Below are positions 1 through 9,459 of a stretch of 64,000 nt of DNA, piece by piece. A program made the position numbers and the translations under genes. The notes under the pieces are model-generated. The model had not been told where the DNA came from. It ran no database searches and saw nothing but the letters and a program-made list of their open reading frames with translations. Position 1 is the first letter of the stretch, and every line of letters begins with the position of its first letter. The DNA is from Bacteroidales bacterium (GTDB taxonomy: Bacteria; Bacteroidota; Bacteroidia; Bacteroidales; UBA12077), in contig WTBR01000003.1 in NCBI GenBank assembly GCA_013138975.1, positions 2,446-66,445 on the forward strand. Direction: 5' to 3'.

Positions 1-653
1 ACAGTGTTTGCTTACTCCTATTTACTCAACAATTAAGTGCTCAAACATTAAAAGAAGTTAAGGATATAGAAGGTAATGTTTATAGTACGGTAAAAATTGG
101 CAATCAAATTTGGCTGTCACAAAACTTAAGAACAAGCCATTATAATGATGGTACAAGCATACCTAATGTAACTGATAGATTAGAATGGGAAAACCTCTCA
201 TATGGGGCATATTGTTGGAATGCTAATGATTCAGTTACTTATGCCGGTACTTATGGAGCCTTTTACAATTGGGAAACAGTAAATACCGGTAAATTATGCC
301 CGGTTGGGTGGCATGTACCGTCTATAGCTGAATGGTCTGAGCTTATTAACTTTGTTACAGTAAAAGGCAGTTTCAGAGACGAAGGAATAAATTTGAAATC
401 TAAATATGGTTGGGCCAACGATAGTAATGGAACTGATGATTATGATTTTTTGGCTCTTCCAGGTGGATATCGATATGCCAGTGGATATTTCAGAGAGCCC
501 GGGTTTATTGGTAATTGGTGGAGTGCCAATGCGCTTGATGACTCCGGATTAGCAAAATACATCGGAATGATGAGCTACAGAACTGATGTAAGAATAGATA
601 TAAACAGTAAGTCCTACGGTTTATCAGTACGCTGTTTAAAGGATATGGATTGA
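1..653 (+). CDS. FISUMP-domain (Fibrobacter succinogenes major paralogous domain) secreted protein, 5' end outside window
   Basis: Frame 3 is open from nt 3 to TGA 651-653; the track ORF 393..653 is only its TTG-initiated tail. The translation reads ...DIEGNVYSTVKIGNQIWLSQNLRTSHYNDG...YGAFYNWETVNTGKLCPVGWHVPSIAEWSEL...LALPGGYRY...GNWWSA...GLSVRCLKD, which matches the pattern I associate with the FISUMP/TIGR02145 family. Confidence 0.8.
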   Translation, partial: SVCLLLFTQQLSAQTLKEVKDIEGNVYSTVKIGNQIWLSQNLRTSHYNDGTSIPNVTDRLEWENLSYGAYCWNANDSVTYAGTYGAFYNWETVNTGKLCPVGWHVPSIAEWSELINFVTVKGSFRDEGINLKSKYGWANDSNGTDDYDFLALPGGYRYASGYFREPGFIGNWWSANALDDSGLAKYIGMMSYRTDVRIDINSKSYGLSVRCLKDMD

Positions 654-672
654 TAAGGTTTTTCTTTTAGTT

Positions 673-845
673 AGTCTTTGCAAGAAAACGCCAAATACTT
701 CGTTACTCTCGTTTTGAAAACAGTCATTCACAAAAGTGAACTCCTTGGTTTTCAAAACATCGAATTCCGATAACTATCGGAACGTCTTTGACGCTTTCTT
801 ATCAAAGACTTTAAAAATAAGTAGTTTTCTTGCTGGCACTAGTTA
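673..845 (+). repeat. Family-A nested-palindrome interspersed repeat, copy 1
   Basis: Alignable by eye with 37440-37598, 45235-45394 and 52644-52802. The outer arms agtctttgcaagaaaacgcc / gacgctttcttatcaaagact and the inner arms gttttgaaaac / gttttcaaaac are reverse complements. This copy carries an extra hairpin, ttccgat-aact-atcggaa. Confidence 0.85.
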
Positions 846-852
846 GTAACAT

Positions 853-1425
853 TTACCAAGTATAACCAAAACTAAATCCTATTAAAGGCCAAAATTCATC
901 AGGCAGTTGTACGAAAGGTGTTAATCCAGCCCTAAAAAGAAATCCATTTTCTTTTTGGTGCCTATACCCTATAACACCATGCAGATTCATAGGCGTTTTA
1001 AAATATTCCCACTCTCGGTTTAAAGAAACACTCATTCCTGCCCCTATTTCAAAAAAAGATGGTTCGTTTCCAAATAAAGAATAATACATTAAGCTTGGTG
1101 ACCAGAAGTTGTGTACTTCATTTTCATTGCCTAAAGACTTATCATAAACCCGATAATTAATTGAGCTTATGCCTACACTAAATCTATGATTATTTTTAAT
1201 TCGAAAATCTATATTAGCAGAATAATAACCTTTACCAATCAATTCAATAAATAAAGCTATCCCGGGTTTATTGTTATCTGAAAGATCTGAAGAATTATCT
1301 AAGCCATTTTGCTCATTATCTAACTGAAATGATGATCTATGAATATTTTCATGTGCTAAAAGATTTTGGGTGAAAATACCAGTAGTACAAAACAAAAACA
1401 AGCCCATTAAAATTATATTTTTCAT
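853..1425 (-). CDS. Hypothetical small outer-membrane beta-barrel-like protein
   Basis: Track ORF with a signal-like N-terminus (MKNIILMGLFLFCTTGIFTQ), alternating hydrophobic strands and an aromatic C-terminus (...GFSFGYTW). No family recognised. Confidence 0.5.
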   Translation of the reverse strand: MKNIILMGLFLFCTTGIFTQNLLAHENIHRSSFQLDNEQNGLDNSSDLSDNNKPGIALFIELIGKGYYSANIDFRIKNNHRFSVGISSINYRVYDKSLGNENEVHNFWSPSLMYYSLFGNEPSFFEIGAGMSVSLNREWEYFKTPMNLHGVIGYRHQKENGFLFRAGLTPFVQLPDEFWPLIGFSFGYTW

Positions 1426-1733
1426 GATTTTAATGTTTATACCAATTAAACACCAAAATAACCTATATAATTCGTTTCTTTTTCACTTATATTTCTTCAA
1501 AAAATAAAACCGTAGCTACGGCTATGCTTAGATTTTTTGAATCATCTAAGCAAAAAAATAATTCAAATTATTTATAGGTCATTTTGAAATTTAATTGATA
1601 TTAGTAAATAGCTGAATGGTAAGTTATGGAATTATCTCATGAATTTCAATATTGTAAATAGATATTGCTATGTGATAAGCTAATCTTTTTTTTCAAGACA
1701 CACTGATTAAAATAAAATTTCTATTATAACATA

Positions 1734-1960
1734 GAAGCTTGTCGAAGTAAAGACAGCTTTCTTAGTTTTTGGAGGTATTTCAAGCTTATTAAATAAACTC
1801 TGAAGTTGTGTTTTATACTGACGGGTTAACCCGTCAGTGGGAAATAAGACACCTATACTATTAACTACGCCGATCGAAGGGTAATTTTAAAACACTTTGA
1901 CAACTTTCTTACTTTTCAGAGGTATTTCTAAAACACACTTCGACAAGCTCAGTGTGACAA
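1734..1960. repeat. Composite palindromic repeat region (family-B motif cgacaRgctcagNNtgaca)
   Basis: gaagcttgtcgaagt (1734-1748) is the inverted copy of acttcgacaagct at 1938-1950. There is a ~28-nt direct repeat (cagctttcttagtttttggaggtatttc at 1754-1781 vs caactttcttacttttcagaggtatttc at 1901-1928) and a perfect 20-nt palindrome, ctgacgggttaacccgtcag, at 1818-1837. The core motif recurs at 47545-47566, 51871-51892 and 58226-58246. Confidence 0.65.
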
Positions 1961-2021
1961 TCTCGGCGTTGCTATCTAATTTATAGGAGAATGTATATTA
2001 ACTCTTAGAAAAACATAATAA

Positions 2022-2162
2022 AAGAATACAGAAACAAAACAATATATATTAAATCAAGAGAAGCATTATCGAAAAATGATTTTCAGAGAGGAATACTTGT
2101 TATTTTTAAAAAAATATGAAATTGGATACAACGAAAAATATTTATGGACAGATCAAAAATAA
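2022..2162 (+). pseudogene. C-terminal remnant of an IS200/IS605-type Y1 (RayT-like) transposase
   Basis: The stop-to-stop frame reads KNTETKQYILNQEKHYRKMIFREEYLLFLKKYEIGYNEKYLWTDQK*, with an ATG only at 2076. This matches my recollection of the conserved C-terminus of this transposase family (...YIxNQxxHHxKxxFxxEYxxFLxxxxIxYDExYLW). No HUH/Tyr catalytic core is present upstream. Confidence 0.55.
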
Positions 2163-2312
2163 GCTACCCTTTATTTAATTTAAACTAATTAATCCCGAGG
2201 CGTTGCCATCAGGCTAAATTAAAGAAGACTTTCAATCTGATTTTTTAATTTAATATTGTTTCTCCACAAAAATTTAAACTGATCCTTTATTATATTGCTT
2301 TTTCAAAAGATT

Positions 2313-2349
2313 TAAATAAAAAAAACTCCCATTCAATTATGGGAGTTTC
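2313..2349 (-). terminator. Rho-independent terminator of the tail-fibre-like gene
   Basis: On the minus strand, the hairpin actccca-taattgaa-tgggagt is followed by a T-run, about 20 nt after the stop at 2368. Confidence 0.6.
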
Positions 2350-2367
2350 ATATTTTTAGTTCAATTT

Positions 2368-4632
2368 TTATTTCTTCATCAATTCTTTCAATTCATCAAT
2401 CTGCATTTGCAAATCATCTAGTTTATTCACCTTTTCTTCAAGATTTTTATTCTCCTCCTGCAATTTTTCAATTATTTTTTGCTGTTCTTTTACAGCCTCT
2501 ACTAACAAAGCCGTTATAGGAGCATATTGCATTGATAAATATTCACCTTCTGTATTAACAACTTCTGGTATAATAGCCTCTGCTTCTTGTGCTATAAATC
2601 CCATCCGTGTTCCTTTTTCCTTTGAGTCCGAATCTTTCCATTCGTAATTTACTCCTCTAAGTTTTAAAACTTTATCAAGCGAATTTTCTATTGTTACTAC
2701 ATTCTTTTTTAATCGACTATCACTTAAGGAATTCCAACTTGCATTTCCTCCGGCTGTTCCATTAACATAAAAGGTATATTTCGTTAAATTATCTAAACTA
2801 TCTCCATTAATAACTACAATATTTCTATCAAACTCTCCGTAAATTAAAGGTTTTGTAACAGCCGAATTCTCAATATAAAGTCTGTTCGATCCTGTTGTTT
2901 CATTGTAACCGGCATAACAACCTAAAAACACATTACCAAAACCCTTATTATTATACCCACTTTGATATCCTATCACTGTATTCTGATAACCTGTTTCGTT
3001 ATAATATAATGATTGATCACCTATTGTTATATTTCTTGCTCCTGATTCATTTAATCCTCCAGTAGAGGTTCCTATATAAATATTATAAAAACCATCTGTA
3101 ATACCATACCCACTGTACTGGCCAAAGCAAGTATTACTTTCACCTGTTAAATTGTTATATCCAGCCATATACCCAATAAAAGTATTTCGAAAGCCTGTTG
3201 TATTAGCATTTCCTGCACCACTTCCAAGAAAAATATTATAGTTTCCTAATGTATTAGCTACTCCGGCTACCGATCCAATAAATAAGTTATCCGTTCCAAT
3301 TGTATTACTCATTCCTGCCTGAGTTCCAAAAAAAGTATTATTTGAACCAGTTGAATTTAAATATCCACTTAAGCGTCCAACAAAAAGATTATAGCCTCCT
3401 GATGTGTTACTATATCCACTTTGATATCCTATAAAAAGATTCGTATTACCAGTGGTATTATTATAACCACTTCTATATCCTATAAAAGTATTATCCGATC
3501 CGCTTGTATTGCTTAATCCACTTTCGTATCCCAAAAATAAATTATTTGATCCTCCTAAATTATTATAGCCGCTTCTATAACCAAAAAAGCTATTATAATT
3601 ACCATTATTATTAGCGTAACCACTTTGAGTTCCCAAAAATAAATTGTTTGTACCAGCATCAATCGAAAACCCACTTTGATAACCTAAGGAACAATTTATT
3701 TTATTAATATCCATAAATACGTCTGTACCTGCTTTCGAAGGGCTACGTCCACTAACAGCAAATCCTCCTACCTTGCCTTTAGCCGGCTCATTTATATATA
3801 TTCTTGCACTATCAGGTGTAATTGAAAAATAATCATTAAATCCTTTAGAAGGGCTTCTTCCACTAACTGCAAATCCTCCCACTTTACCTTTTGTAAGCTG
3901 ATCATTAATATTTACAACAACACCGTCATTATAAACTGCAAAAACAGTATCTCCCAACTGACTGATTACTTGGAATAATGGATCAGTATCTAATGCCAAT
4001 GGATCTCCTTTAATTTCAAACCTTCCAACAGGATTATCCTTACCTATTCCTACTTTACCGTCATTGTAATATATTCCTTCTGTCCCAACTTGCCATTGAG
4101 AGCTACCTGAAGGTAAATCAACTGAATTACCATCGCTAATTGACAAGGTACTACCTGTTAAACCCAGAGTCTGCAACTCATTTGATGGGTCTGGATCCGC
4201 ATCATTTTTATTTTTTACATCCAAGGCATAATTAGCGTATGGCACCGACATTAATTCAACTGTTCCAAGTTCAACATAATCTGTACCTCCTGTAACATCA
4301 ACTTCAATTTTCAGATAATACTTATCAAGCCCCCAATCAATATCATTAAAAATACCGGTTACAATATTTCCTTCTCCAATTTTTAAATTAATTACTCCAA
4401 AATTACTTGTAGTTATTATTTGTGATTCTGTGTAAACAACATCTCCGGTTTGAGATCCTTTAACAATACTTGCTAATATCTGAATGTTTTGATTCTGTAT
4501 TAGTTCACTATTTACATTGCGAATTACAGCTTGATAATTAAAAGTTTTTGTCTCTTGCGCAAATAGCTCATTCTGGTTTAAGCATAATGCTAATATTATA
4601 AAAAGCACTAAATAAATATGGATTTTTTTCAT
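2368..4632 (-). CDS. Tail-fibre-domain surface protein with YadA-head-like Gly/Asn repeats and a C-terminal Peptidase_S74 intramolecular-chaperone domain
   Basis: Contains a signal peptide and about 20 tandem repeats of the form GYxSGxxNTxGxxNxFxG. An internal duplication is marked by KGKVGGFAVSGRSPSK appearing twice. The C-terminus reads SDSRLKKNV...LRGVNYEWK...GFIAQEAEAIIPEVV...ALLVEAVKEQ followed by a coiled coil. Confidence 0.8.
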   Translation of the reverse strand: MKKIHIYLVLFIILALCLNQNELFAQETKTFNYQAVIRNVNSELIQNQNIQILASIVKGSQTGDVVYTESQIITTSNFGVINLKIGEGNIVTGIFNDIDWGLDKYYLKIEVDVTGGTDYVELGTVELMSVPYANYALDVKNKNDADPDPSNELQTLGLTGSTLSISDGNSVDLPSGSSQWQVGTEGIYYNDGKVGIGKDNPVGRFEIKGDPLALDTDPLFQVISQLGDTVFAVYNDGVVVNINDQLTKGKVGGFAVSGRSPSKGFNDYFSITPDSARIYINEPAKGKVGGFAVSGRSPSKAGTDVFMDINKINCSLGYQSGFSIDAGTNNLFLGTQSGYANNNGNYNSFFGYRSGYNNLGGSNNLFLGYESGLSNTSGSDNTFIGYRSGYNNTTGNTNLFIGYQSGYSNTSGGYNLFVGRLSGYLNSTGSNNTFFGTQAGMSNTIGTDNLFIGSVAGVANTLGNYNIFLGSGAGNANTTGFRNTFIGYMAGYNNLTGESNTCFGQYSGYGITDGFYNIYIGTSTGGLNESGARNITIGDQSLYYNETGYQNTVIGYQSGYNNKGFGNVFLGCYAGYNETTGSNRLYIENSAVTKPLIYGEFDRNIVVINGDSLDNLTKYTFYVNGTAGGNASWNSLSDSRLKKNVVTIENSLDKVLKLRGVNYEWKDSDSKEKGTRMGFIAQEAEAIIPEVVNTEGEYLSMQYAPITALLVEAVKEQQKIIEKLQEENKNLEEKVNKLDDLQMQIDELKELMKK

Positions 4633-4778
4633 GTCAATATTGTTTAGTTAAAGTTAAATACGGATAATACTATTGAGTTAAAAATACAATTTATTGGAAT
4701 AAATCAATACTATATTCAATATCGAATTGATATTAATCAGCAAGTTAATAGTTATTTTTCGATATCTCAATTATATAT

Positions 4779-4815
4779 AAAAAAATCCCGAAACTCTTAA
4801 AAGAATTCCGGGATT
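4779..4815 (-). terminator. Rho-independent terminator of gcvP
   Basis: The stem aatcccg/cgggatt is followed by T7 on the minus strand, 18 nt after the stop at 4833. Confidence 0.7.
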
Positions 4816-4832
4816 ACAATTTATTGTTAATT

Positions 4833-7730
4833 CTATTTTTTCACTGGTTCAAATGTGAATTTACCTTCTCTATACTCATCAATTGGAGCACAAGAGCAAA
4901 TTAAATTTCTATCTCCGTATCCATCATCAATGCGGCTTACAGTTGGCCAGAATTTATTTTCACGAATCCACTTTAATGGGAATGCTGCCTTTTCTCTATC
5001 ATAGGTACGATTCCATTCATTGGCAATAACCACTTCCTGAGTATGTGGTGCATTTCTCAATACATTATTCTCAGCATCTGCTTTACCATCTTTAACTTCG
5101 ATTATCTCTTTGTAAATTGAAATCATTGCTTCAATAAAACGATCAAGTTCTTGTAATGATTCACTTTCGGTAGGTTCTACCATTAATGTACCATGTACCG
5201 GAAACGATAATGTTGGAGCATGGAATCCATAATCCATTAAACGCTTAGCAATATCAGCTTCTGTAATATTTGCCATTGGTTTAAAGTTTCGGCACTCAAC
5301 AATCATTTCGTGACCTACGAAACCTGTTTCACCTGTATAAAGAATATCGTAATACCCTTTTAACGAAGCTGCTAAATAATTTGCATTGAAAATTGCTAAT
5401 TTACCGGCACGAGTTATACCTTCTTCACCCAACATTTTAATAAATGCATGCGATATTGTAAGTATACTTGCACTACCCCAAGGAGCACCTGATACTGCTG
5501 GCATTCCTTTTTCTCCTCCTGTTTTTATTACCGGATGTGATGGTAATAAAGGAGTTAAATGTTTAGCTACACCAATTGGCCCTGCACCTGGTCCGCCTCC
5601 ACCATGAGGAATTGCAAAAGTTTTATGTAAATTCAGATGGCAAACGTCAGCTCCAATAAAACCCGGATTTGTTAATCCTAACTGGGCATTCATATTTGCT
5701 CCATCCATATATACCTGTCCACCATACTGATGTGTGATGTCCATCATTTCTTTTATTCTATTTTCAAACACACCATGCGTTGAAGGATATGTAACGATAA
5801 ACACAGCTAAATCATCCTTGTGCTCTTCAGATTTTTTCTTTAAATCTTCAATATCAATATTTCCGTTTTCATCGCATTCTACTACAACTACTTTCATTCC
5901 TGCCATTACTGCACTTGCAGGATTTGTTCCGTGAGCCGATGATGGAATCAATGCAATATTTCTATGAGCTTGTCCATTATTCTTATGATATTCACGAATT
6001 ACCATTAATCCGGTATATTCTCCTGCAGCACCTGAGTTAGGCTGAAAAGAAATAGCATCAAATCCGGTTATTTCTTTTAAATCTTCTTCTAGTTCATGAA
6101 ATAACTGATGATATCCTTCTGCTTGATTAGCAGGAACAAATGGATGCATTCCACCAAATTCAGGCCAACTCATTGCAAACATTTCTGTTGCCGCATTCAG
6201 TTTCATTGTACAAGATCCTAAAGAAATCATTGAGTGAGTTAAAGAGAAATCTTTTCTTTCCAATTTCTTTATATAACGCATCATTTCAGTTTCAGAACGA
6301 TAGCGATTAAATACCTCTAAGCTTAAAAATTCACTTGTACGTTTAAATTTATCATCAAAAGCTATTTGCTCATTTATATGACATATAGCATCTGCTTTTT
6401 TATTTGCTGCAAAAGCAAAAACCTCAACTACTTTATTGATATCTTGTATTAAAGTAGTTTCGTCGGTACTAATGCCAATTGTTTTATCATCGATATAATT
6501 AAAGTTGATTTCTCTTTCAAGAGCCAGTTTATTAATATCTTCTGATTTAACATTTCCAAGATTTATTTTTATAGTATCAAAGAAATCTGCGTTTTCCTGT
6601 TCATAACCTAAAGCTTGTAACTTTTCATTTAAAGTAACTGCCATATTATGAATATGCAATGCAATGCGTTTTAATCCTTCTGCACCATGATAAACAGCAT
6701 ACATTCCTGCCATAGTAGCTAATAATGCTTGAGCAGTACATATATTTGAAGTAGCCCGTTCACGCTTAATATGTTGCTCACGAGTTTGAAGAGCCATACG
6801 TAAAGCAAGTTTATTTTCTACATCCTTTGATATTCCGATAATTCGACCGGGAATATTTCTTTTATACTTTTCAGATGTTGCAAAATAGCCTGCATGTGGT
6901 CCACCGTATCCCATTGGAACTCCAAATCGTTGTGTCGATCCAACAACAACATCGGCACCCCATTCTCCCGGAGGAGTTAAAAGAACCAAACTCATAATAT
7001 CAGCAGCAACTGCAACTGAAGTTGTATTCTTATGAGCTTTCTCAACAAAGTTTTTATAATCTTCAACTTTCCCATCAGCTGTAGGATATTGAACAATTGC
7101 ACCAAATATATTTTCGTTTAGTTCAAAAGTTTTATAATCCCCTTTTACTATTTCAATTCCTAAAGGAGTTGCTCTTGATTCAATAACATCTATAGTTTGT
7201 GGAAATACGTTTTCATCGATAAAGAAAACATTTGCTCCTACTTTAGCTTGTGCTCTGGGACGTGCATTATAAAGCATGATCATCGCCTCAGAAGCTGCAG
7301 TTGATTCATCCAAAAGAGATGCATTTGCAAGTTCCATTCCTGTAAGATCCATTACAACGGTCTGGAAATTCAATAAAGCTTCTAATCGTCCTTGAGATAT
7401 CTCTGCCTGATAAGGAGTATATGATGTATACCAGCTTGGGTTTTCCAGAATGTTACGTTGAATAACTGCAGGTAAAATAGTATCATAATATCCTAATCCT
7501 ATATAAGTTTTATATAACTTATTTTTTGCAGCAATTCTTCTAAGCTTATTAGTATACTCAAATTCGCTAATTCCCTTACCAAGTTTTAACGGTTTTTCTA
7601 GTCTTATGGATGCAGGAACCGTTTTATCAATTAATTCATCTAAACTTGAAACACCAATTTTTTCAGCCATTTTTCCGATTTCATTATCTCTCGGACCATT
7701 ATGACGTTGAATAAAATTATCTAATGCCAT
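4833..7730 (-). CDS. gcvP: Glycine dehydrogenase (decarboxylating), P protein of the glycine cleavage system
   Basis: A 965-aa single-chain P protein with characteristic motifs: SWYTSYTPYQAEISQGRLE and HLNLHKTFAIPHGGGGPG (the PLP lysine region). Confidence 0.97.
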   Translation of the reverse strand: MALDNFIQRHNGPRDNEIGKMAEKIGVSSLDELIDKTVPASIRLEKPLKLGKGISEFEYTNKLRRIAAKNKLYKTYIGLGYYDTILPAVIQRNILENPSWYTSYTPYQAEISQGRLEALLNFQTVVMDLTGMELANASLLDESTAASEAMIMLYNARPRAQAKVGANVFFIDENVFPQTIDVIESRATPLGIEIVKGDYKTFELNENIFGAIVQYPTADGKVEDYKNFVEKAHKNTTSVAVAADIMSLVLLTPPGEWGADVVVGSTQRFGVPMGYGGPHAGYFATSEKYKRNIPGRIIGISKDVENKLALRMALQTREQHIKRERATSNICTAQALLATMAGMYAVYHGAEGLKRIALHIHNMAVTLNEKLQALGYEQENADFFDTIKINLGNVKSEDINKLALEREINFNYIDDKTIGISTDETTLIQDINKVVEVFAFAANKKADAICHINEQIAFDDKFKRTSEFLSLEVFNRYRSETEMMRYIKKLERKDFSLTHSMISLGSCTMKLNAATEMFAMSWPEFGGMHPFVPANQAEGYHQLFHELEEDLKEITGFDAISFQPNSGAAGEYTGLMVIREYHKNNGQAHRNIALIPSSAHGTNPASAVMAGMKVVVVECDENGNIDIEDLKKKSEEHKDDLAVFIVTYPSTHGVFENRIKEMMDITHQYGGQVYMDGANMNAQLGLTNPGFIGADVCHLNLHKTFAIPHGGGGPGAGPIGVAKHLTPLLPSHPVIKTGGEKGMPAVSGAPWGSASILTISHAFIKMLGEEGITRAGKLAIFNANYLAASLKGYYDILYTGETGFVGHEMIVECRNFKPMANITEADIAKRLMDYGFHAPTLSFPVHGTLMVEPTESESLQELDRFIEAMISIYKEIIEVKDGKADAENNVLRNAPHTQEVVIANEWNRTYDREKAAFPLKWIRENKFWPTVSRIDDGYGDRNLICSCAPIDEYREGKFTFEPVKK

Positions 7731-7893
7731 ATTATATTGTTATTAAAAGGTAAATATTTATTTGTTTAATTATTTTAGGTTCAAAATTAAATATAAGATT
7801 ATAAATAATCATTACAAACATCATGTTATTTTCTTAACAGTCATGTTGTAAAACAACCAATTATAAACATTATTCATGATAATTATGTTCGTA

Positions 7894-8535
7894 TTAAAAA
7901 AATGGATTATCACTCTTCTCCTTAGCTATTGTAGTGCTTTCACCATGACCAGGATATACAGTTACCTCATCGTTTAAAGTAAAAAGCTTATCATTAATAC
8001 TTGCGATTAAAGTATCATAACTTCCTCCCGGGAGATCTGTTCTTCCTATTCCTCCTTTAAACAATACATCGCCAACGATTACGAATTTATCATTATCATT
8101 ATCATTATATAAAGCAATACTTCCAGGCGAATGCCCTGGAACATGCTTAACCAAAAGTGTTGAATTACCGAACTTAATTTCATCACCTTCATTTACCAAT
8201 CGACTAGGAATTGGAGGTTCCTCAACATTTAAACCAAAAGCAGCGGCCATATCTTTTGAACGTTCTATCAATGGCAGATCCTCTTTGTTCGCAATAGATT
8301 CAACACCATATTTATTTGCTAAATATGCATTTCCCAGTATATGATCGATATGACAATGTGTATTCACAATAAATTTTAAGCTTAAACTATTTTCAGAAAT
8401 GAATTCATCAATTTTATTATATTCATTTTCATCACTACATCCTGCATCTACTATTATACATTCATTTGTCTCATCGTAAACCAAAAACGTATTTTCCTGA
8501 AATGAATTAAACACAAAAATCTTAATCTTTGTCAT
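7894..8535 (-). CDS. MBL-fold metallo-hydrolase (glyoxalase II-like)
   Basis: HCHIDH metal-binding motif, ...VPGHSPGS..., DVLF.GGIGRTD, 213 aa. Confidence 0.85.
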   Translation of the reverse strand: MTKIKIFVFNSFQENTFLVYDETNECIIVDAGCSDENEYNKIDEFISENSLSLKFIVNTHCHIDHILGNAYLANKYGVESIANKEDLPLIERSKDMAAAFGLNVEEPPIPSRLVNEGDEIKFGNSTLLVKHVPGHSPGSIALYNDNDNDKFVIVGDVLFKGGIGRTDLPGGSYDTLIASINDKLFTLNDEVTVYPGHGESTTIAKEKSDNPFF

Positions 8536-8549
8536 AATATATTTTTTAA

Positions 8550-9191
8550 TTATTGTTTTCCTTTTAACATCGGAACAAAAGCAAAAAAACCATGCTCTGT
8601 TTTTTTAAATTCTTCTTCTCCTATCCTATCAACTGTCACCATTACCTGCCCTTTATTTCCTCCTACCGGGATAATCATTCTCCCACCTATTTTCAATTGC
8701 TTTAATAATTCATCAGGTATTTCGGGTGCACCGGCTGTAATAATTATTTTATCGAAAGGAGCATAATTAGCTTGGCCTTTATATCCATCACCATAAAAGA
8801 AATAAGGCTTATAACCCATCTCTGTAAGTAAAGTTCTCGATTTAAGATAAAGCTCTCTTTGACGCTCTATGGTATACACTTTAGCTCCCAGCTCAAGCAA
8901 TATAACACATTGATAGCCTGATCCGGTTCCAACTTCAAGAATTTTATCGTGCTTTTTTACATTTAAAAGTTCAGTTTGAAAAGCTACAGTATATGGTTGA
9001 GATATTGTTTGACCTGATCCAATAGGAAATGCCTGATCCTTATATGCAAATTCTACGAATCCACTATCCATAAAATAATGACGCGGAACTTTCCCTAATG
9101 CTTCAAGGATTTTTTGATCTTTAATTCCCTTTCCTGCTACGGTATCTACAAGTTTCCTTCTAAGCCCCTTATGTCGGTACGAATCAGTCAT
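8550..9191 (-). CDS. pcm: Protein-L-isoaspartate O-methyltransferase
   Basis: QTISQPYTVA, the SAM motif VLEVGTGSGYQ, and a typical 213-aa length. Confidence 0.9.
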   Translation of the reverse strand: MTDSYRHKGLRRKLVDTVAGKGIKDQKILEALGKVPRHYFMDSGFVEFAYKDQAFPIGSGQTISQPYTVAFQTELLNVKKHDKILEVGTGSGYQCVILLELGAKVYTIERQRELYLKSRTLLTEMGYKPYFFYGDGYKGQANYAPFDKIIITAGAPEIPDELLKQLKIGGRMIIPVGGNKGQVMVTVDRIGEEEFKKTEHGFFAFVPMLKGKQ

Positions 9192-9432
9192 TTAAAAAAT
9201 TAAATATGTGAAAAATTAAATTCTCACAAATATAACAGAACAAATTGCAATAATCAAAGTTGGCTAAATAATAAATACCTTAACCAACTTTACTAAAAAT
9301 CAACATTCAATACTCTGACAACCTGCGTATTAAATACTTACAATTCGTGCTAAATCCTTTCTCAAAGTGTTATTAACATAATTTGGTTAATAAATAGATC
9401 ATTTGAACTACCCTGTAGTTTCTTAAAACATT

Positions 9433-9440
9433 TAAGTTTG
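9433..9440 (+). promoter_or_regulatory. Candidate Bacteroidota -7 promoter box (TAnnTTTG)
   Basis: taagtttg lies 20 nt upstream of the ATG at 9460. Confidence 0.35.
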
Positions 9441-9459
9441 TATTATTAATACCTCAATT

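Noticed and set aside
2368-4632. The tail-fibre-like gene could mark a prophage.
   Set aside because: No other phage genes are present within 10 kb on either side: no capsid, portal, terminase, tail tube, lysis or integrase genes. The flanks are gcvP and cell-surface genes.
7731-7893. I expected a glycine riboswitch upstream of gcvP.
   Set aside because: The 160-nt leader is extremely AT-rich, with none of the conserved GGAGAG...CACCG-type cores or paired aptamers. No structured element is evident.
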